Below, one piece after another: positions 59,220 to 64,000 of a DNA stretch of 64,000 nt. Every line of letters begins with the position of its first letter. Positions within the stretch are counted from its first letter, which is position 1. The DNA is from an uncultured Chthonomonadaceae bacterium (GTDB taxonomy: Bacteria > Armatimonadota > Chthonomonadetes > Chthonomonadales > Chthonomonadaceae): assembly GCA_963817895.1 (NCBI GenBank), contig CAWFQB010000002.1, forward strand, positions 640,001-704,000, written 5' to 3'. Made by a program: the position numbers and the translations under genes. The notes beneath the pieces were generated by a model, which saw nothing but the letters and a program-made list of their open reading frames with translations, had not been told where the DNA came from and made no database searches.

Positions 59220-60194
59220 TTGTACTATTTTCAGGGAGGACGCGCTATCTCACCCGAAGATGCAGCAAAAATTGGGACGCGGCTGGCGTCGAAGCAGACT
59301 GAAGAGCGGATGCGGGCGGTGGGGCATTTACGGCGGATTGCCGATGCCGACGCCCAAACCCTGCTGCTCAAAACGCTCAAAGACCGGAGCCACTATGTAG
59401 GCGCGTTGGCGGCGGAAGCGCTGGCCGAATGCGCCGATGAGCGCCTGCTGCCGCAGTTAATCGCCCTGTTCGACTGGTTTGCCGAAGACGGTTTGGGGCG
59501 CGATACGGGCTGCCACATTCGGGGCCACTTAGCCGTGCTGTTCGGCAGGATGGAAGCGCAGTCGGCTGTAGACGCCCTGCGCGTCGGCATCAAGACGCGG
59601 CAAATGGAAGCGGTTGGCGGAATTCCGACGGATACCGCCGTTCATTTACGCGCCAATTGCGCCCTTGCCCTCGCGCAACTGCGCCCGCCCGACGCCCTAC
59701 GCGACATTGCCCTGCTGCTGTTCGATGAGGGCAAGGGCGCGATTACCCACGCTTCCAATGCCAAATACGTCACGATTGAGTGCCGCAAGGCGGCGGCGCA
59801 GGCGCTTGCCCATCTCGCCAATCCGCAGGGGATCGTTCCGCTTGCTATCAAACTGACTTACCCCGAAGACGAAGCGCCCGAAGTGCTGCAAGAGTGTTTG
59901 CAGGCCGTCGTGGATTTGGAAGACGAGCGCGGCATGGAACTGATTGCGCCCTATCTTTCCCATTCCGACGCGCATCTCGCCGCGTTCGCCTGCCTGATGG
60001 TAGCCCGCGCGCACGACCCGCAAGCCCCATTCCTCATCCTCCGTACCCTTTCCCGTCTGACCGGCGATCCGCTCGAAGCCGCCATCCTTGCCCTGTCCAC
60101 CCTCCGTACCGAAGACGCGCATAAGATGCTGAAAGAGCTTGCGGAAAGCGACCGCAAGGATGTTCGGCGTATCGTCAAGGAATTAGGGTTTTAG
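59220..60194 (+). CDS. HEAT-repeat protein; start uncertain (TTG 59220 or ATC 59247)
   Basis: Repeated R..AA.AL / LRANCALAL helical motifs. Confidence 0.8.
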   Translation: MYYFQGGRAISPEDAAKIGTRLASKQTEERMRAVGHLRRIADADAQTLLLKTLKDRSHYVGALAAEALAECADERLLPQLIALFDWFAEDGLGRDTGCHIRGHLAVLFGRMEAQSAVDALRVGIKTRQMEAVGGIPTDTAVHLRANCALALAQLRPPDALRDIALLLFDEGKGAITHASNAKYVTIECRKAAAQALAHLANPQGIVPLAIKLTYPEDEAPEVLQECLQAVVDLEDERGMELIAPYLSHSDAHLAAFACLMVARAHDPQAPFLILRTLSRLTGDPLEAAILALSTLRTEDAHKMLKELAESDRKDVRRIVKELGF

Positions 60195-60220
60195 GGTCAA
60201 TACCGTTCAAATAAGCGTTC

Positions 60221-60245
60221 GTAGGGACACAACATGTTGTGTCCT
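60221..60245 (+). repeat. GTAG-type REP palindrome, copy 2
   Basis: Identical to 753-777. Confidence 0.8.
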
Positions 60246-60267
60246 CCCCCGGTAGAGAACAAACAGC

Positions 60268-60295
60268 CACCAATCGCCAATCACTAACCACCAAC
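60268..60295. repeat. Heptamer tandem repeat (CCAATCA-like) abutting the transporter stop
   Basis: ccaccaatcgccaatcactaaccaccaac. Confidence 0.65.
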
Positions 60296-62338
60296 TCACA
60301 TTGCCGCGTGAATGGCGGGACGGCGTTCGGGATTCGGTTCGGCAATGCGGAGCACTTCCCGCGTCACAGGCGCGACATCACCCTTGCCCGAAAGCACATA
60401 ACGCAGCAGGTACAACAGTGGATTCCCTTCCGTCCAGTTGAAGTAGGCGTGAGGACGCTTGCCCGTCATATCGCGGATGTGCAGCAGCAGAGCCGCAATC
60501 GAATTGGGAACTGCGGTGCCTTCCCCGCGCAGCACGCGGTGGCCGTCCACTTCCACGCCCTGTACGCGCAGCGCGTCCGTGAAGTCGGAAGCGTCGCGAA
60601 CTTTCACCTCCATAAACAGCACAGGCTCCTGCGCGGGAATCTGATGGTCTTCCCGCGCGCTTTTTTCCTTGTCCTGATACTCGGAAGTATCCCCCGCATC
60701 CGGGTGATTCGCGATGAGGTGCAGCGTGGAACGTTGCGCGGCCTCCTCGATGAAGCGGCGCGCGTTATCGTCCAGTTCAATATGCGTGACGCGCAGTTCC
60801 GTCGTGCGCCACACCCGCGACAGCAGGGACACGAGGACAATGGAAAAGATAAACACAGCCGCGATTTTGATACCGTCGGGACGCTCGAAGATGTTGACAA
60901 TGGTGGTATACGCGAATACCACCGCAATCACGCCGTAGCCACCCGCAGCGGTTTTCGCGCCCCGCTTCCACGCGCTGATGGTGACGGCGACCGCCGCGCT
61001 TGTCATCAGCACCAGAACGCCGGTCGCATACGCCCCGCCCTGCGCATTCACATCCGCCTTGAACAGCAGGGTAATCACGGTTGCCACAACCACATACACA
61101 ATGACAAGCGGGCGCGAGGCGCGCGTCCATTCGGGAGCCATGCCGTAGCGGGGCAGATAGCGCGGCACGATGTTAATCAATCCGGCCATTGCCGACGCCC
61201 CCGCAAACCATAAAATCAGAATGGTAGACGCATCATAAACGGTTCCAAACCCGTTGCCCAGCATGTCGTGAGCGAGGTAGGCAAGGGCGCGGCCATTGGC
61301 TTTGCCGCCCTCCTTGAACGCTTCCGCCGGGATGAGGAGCGTCGTTACCAAACTGCTTGTCAGCAGAAACACGCTCATAATCACAGCCGCCACAAGCAGC
61401 AGCAGGCGCGTGTTGCGGATGCGCCCGTTGGGAACACCCTGCGCGTCGTCCGCATCCCCCTTGATGAGCGGCATCACGGCAACGCCCGTTTCAAAGCCGG
61501 ACAGGCCAAGCGCGAGCTTGGGAAACAGCAGGAGCGACACGCCGATCATGGCGAACACGTTGCCGTGCTGCTGAAACAGAGCGGTTTTCCACTGCCCGAA
61601 CACTTCGGGGTGGGCAAACACATGTTTGATGCCGACCGCCATGACAATGGCGTTCAGCCCTAAATACACCCCGACCAGCACCACCGCAATGCCAATCGCC
61701 TCCTTGAACCCCTTGAGAAAAATCGCGCCTAACAGGAACACCAGCGTAAGCGTAATCAGAATAGCTTTGCCGTGCATAATATGGGCCGTATAAGGGTTTT
61801 CAATCAAGTGAGCGGCGGCATCGGCAGCGGAAAGCGTAATGGTAATGATGAAATCCGTCGCCACAAACCCAAGCAGGCACAGAACGAACAATTTGCCCTG
61901 CCACCAGGGGAGCAGACGTTCCAGCATGGAAATAGAGCCTTCGCCGTTGGGACTTTCCCGCGCGACCCGGTTGTAAATGGGCAACGCGCCAAACAGGGTC
62001 AGCAGCACGAGAATCAGGGTGGCGAGTGGCGACAACGCGCCTGCCGCGAGGGCGGCAATTCCCGGCTGGTAGCCAAGCGTGGAAAAGTAATCCACGCCCG
62101 TCAGACACATCACCTGCCACCAGGTGTGCGGCGGGTGCTGATGCGGTTTTTGCCCCGGTCCCTCCGCGCCTTCGGGATGGATGCCTTCCAGCAGCCAGCG
62201 TTTGAAGCCGCTCTGAGGATGCGCGTTCGCATTCGATGAGGCAGGCGGCATGGCTGGCGCGAGCGCTGCAACAGGCGTAGAACTGGATTGTGTTGAGTTG
62301 GATTGTTTTGAATCAGATGGCTGCGCTGTATCGCTCAT
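60296..62338 (-). CDS. APC-superfamily transporter
   Basis: [31 protein letters not shown]; many TM helices plus a soluble C-terminus. Confidence 0.88.
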   Translation of the reverse strand: MSDTAQPSDSKQSNSTQSSSTPVAALAPAMPPASSNANAHPQSGFKRWLLEGIHPEGAEGPGQKPHQHPPHTWWQVMCLTGVDYFSTLGYQPGIAALAAGALSPLATLILVLLTLFGALPIYNRVARESPNGEGSISMLERLLPWWQGKLFVLCLLGFVATDFIITITLSAADAAAHLIENPYTAHIMHGKAILITLTLVFLLGAIFLKGFKEAIGIAVVLVGVYLGLNAIVMAVGIKHVFAHPEVFGQWKTALFQQHGNVFAMIGVSLLLFPKLALGLSGFETGVAVMPLIKGDADDAQGVPNGRIRNTRLLLLVAAVIMSVFLLTSSLVTTLLIPAEAFKEGGKANGRALAYLAHDMLGNGFGTVYDASTILILWFAGASAMAGLINIVPRYLPRYGMAPEWTRASRPLVIVYVVVATVITLLFKADVNAQGGAYATGVLVLMTSAAVAVTISAWKRGAKTAAGGYGVIAVVFAYTTIVNIFERPDGIKIAAVFIFSIVLVSLLSRVWRTTELRVTHIELDDNARRFIEEAAQRSTLHLIANHPDAGDTSEYQDKEKSAREDHQIPAQEPVLFMEVKVRDASDFTDALRVQGVEVDGHRVLRGEGTAVPNSIAALLLHIRDMTGKRPHAYFNWTEGNPLLYLLRYVLSGKGDVAPVTREVLRIAEPNPERRPAIHAAM

Positions 62339-62506
62339 GCCGTCACCTCGCGCGCTGCAATATTTCCGCAGAGATTAGTGATGGGATGGAAGCGGCGCGC
62401 CTTTTGCAACAGTCATTTTCACGCTGTTACAATCAGGAAATGGCGCTTGTCTTCATCCAACAGGCACTACGCAGCAGAACGCGGTTTGACAGCATCAGCA
62501 GGAACA

Positions 62507-63343
62507 TTACGGCTGCGCGTTGGCGATAAAATCTTTGCTCGTGGTGGTCGTATCCAGATTGGAGTATTTGCGGAACTTCGAACTACCGTCGTAGCGCAGG
62601 CCGATGAAGCCATCCGTATGCCGCGCCGGGTAATGGGTGTGCGCCGTATCTTGTTCCAGAGGAAACGGGCCGCGCATGTTGTAGGGCATACCGGGCGAAC
62701 CGTTGCCCGCGCCCGGAGGATTGGCCGCGCCCATGCTGCCCGTATTCGCGCAGCCGGGTGTTTTAGCATGATCCCACACGAAATACACGGTTGGATTGGT
62801 AATGAACGCATCCGGCTGCCCCATCGGGCCGTTATAAATGTAGCTCATGGCGTAGCCGACCTGCCCTTCCGGGTACGAGGGGCAGCGAAATATCTGCTGG
62901 TTTTTCACATACGGCTGTAAAAACCCCGCCTTCAGACCGGTATAACTTGTGGGCAGCGGTTTCGGTTCGGAGGAGATATTGTTGTCATAGGGCGCCCACC
63001 AGGTTTCCAGCGGCCCTGTGGGAATGGTAGCCGTCGCTAAATTCGCGCAGAGCGGATCATTGGCATAAGCAGGGTCGCAAAACCGATAGCGACAGTTGAC
63101 CTCATCGTAATCGCTGCGGTACATTGTCAGGGCAAGCGCGATTTGATGTTGATTGCTGATACACGCCGCCTGCCGTCCCTTTTCCCGCGCTTGCGCAAAT
63201 ACAGGAAACAGAATCGCGGCGAGAATAGATATAATGGCGATCACGACGAGCAGTTCGATCAGGGTAAAGGCGGTGTTCGGTGTTTGGTGTTCGGTGTTGG
63301 GCGCTTTTGTAATGCGTAGCGCAGAGTGTCGAGTGCTGAACAT
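62507..63343 (-). CDS. Prepilin-type N-terminal cleavage/methylation protein (DUF1559-like)
   Basis: [41 protein letters not shown]-terminal H-X9-DG. Confidence 0.92.
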   Translation of the reverse strand: MFSTRHSALRITKAPNTEHQTPNTAFTLIELLVVIAIISILAAILFPVFAQAREKGRQAACISNQHQIALALTMYRSDYDEVNCRYRFCDPAYANDPLCANLATATIPTGPLETWWAPYDNNISSEPKPLPTSYTGLKAGFLQPYVKNQQIFRCPSYPEGQVGYAMSYIYNGPMGQPDAFITNPTVYFVWDHAKTPGCANTGSMGAANPPGAGNGSPGMPYNMRGPFPLEQDTAHTHYPARHTDGFIGLRYDGSSKFRKYSNLDTTTTSKDFIANAQP

Positions 63344-63457
63344 GACGGCGAATTCCTCACAATTACAGGTTGAAGCAACTTTGAACATGGCTCTATGCAA
63401 GTATATACTACATTAGGTTAGAAATAATTGCCTGAATATTCCACTTGACGCGCTTTG

Positions 63458-64000
63458 ATGGAAAATATGAAGACGGACAGCGAAAAAACCAAAAACGAGG
63501 GCGGGCTGAAGAACCGGCTCCAGGCAACGCGAACCCGGCTTGGGCTGAGTCAGCGGGAACTGGCGGGAGTGGCCGGCATAACGCGGCAGACTATCGGCGG
63601 CATTGAGGCGGAATTGTACGCGCCCTCGGCCTCTGTGGCGCTGCGGTTGGCGAAAGCGTTGGGCTGCCGCGTGGAAGACCTGTTCTGGCTGGAAGACGAT
63701 TTGCCGACGGTGCAGGCAAGGTTGGTTTTGCCCGATTCTGTGCAGACGGCAGGAGGGGAGAGGAGCGACGCGGAAAGCGCGTTCACTGCTGAAGGCATAA
63801 GCGCGGCAGGAAACGGAGCCGCTTTGCCCCGGCGCGTCACGCTGGCGCAGATTGGCGGCAAATGGATCGCTCACCCTTTGCAGAACGCGCAGGCGTTCCG
63901 TACCGAACTGATTCCGGCGGATGGGCTTACCAATGTTCAAACAGACGTTGCGGCGCGTAATTCAGCGCCGAGCGTTTCGGAAAATGTTGCTGTACGCTTG
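63458..64000 (+). CDS. XRE-family HTH regulator (probably with a periplasmic-binding-protein-like C-terminus), truncated by the window end
   Basis: Manual translation: NRLQATRTRLGLSQRELAGVAGITRQTIGGIE...PSASVALRLAKALGCRVEDLFWL. Confidence 0.85.
   Translation, partial: MENMKTDSEKTKNEGGLKNRLQATRTRLGLSQRELAGVAGITRQTIGGIEAELYAPSASVALRLAKALGCRVEDLFWLEDDLPTVQARLVLPDSVQTAGGERSDAESAFTAEGISAAGNGAALPRRVTLAQIGGKWIAHPLQNAQAFRTELIPADGLTNVQTDVAARNSAPSVSENVAVRL

Noticed and set aside
1..64000. CRISPR array, tRNA, rRNA or known riboswitch
   Set aside because: No repeat-spacer periodicity or recognisable RNA gene found by eye; the 102-bp multi-hairpin lacks tRNA motifs and has TIRs.

Overview
64 kb of GC-rich bacterial chromosome, probably Armatimonadota (inferred from a DUF1559-type prepilin, a PEP-CTERM protein and overall gene style). 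Core content: recA, thpR and cinA (split by a ~5.4 kb insert carrying an IS3), a sigma-70 factor, mntR-mntH, a type IV pilus/T2SS-like operon, a DeaD-like helicase, GH116 and GH4 glycosidases, a MerR/GyrI regulator with a TPR-CxxCH protein and ABC-2 exporter, two VapBC-type pairs, an ATPase+HNH (Septu/PtuAB-like) pair, and a phage-MuF-like zinc peptidase with a small Cys-rich partner. No rRNA, tRNA or CRISPR array was recognised. The most unusual signal is non-coding: many 7-9 bp tandem repeats arranged as convergent inverted pairs at gene junctions and also translated in-frame inside proteins, plus three dispersed palindromic element families (a 102-bp multi-hairpin MITE with covarying ends, a ~105-125-bp hairpin element that mirrors flanking gene sequence, and a GTAG REP). 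About nine single-base frameshifts, mostly +1, suggest assembly indel errors, so split or fused genes need caution. All family calls come from motif recognition by eye, not from database searches.
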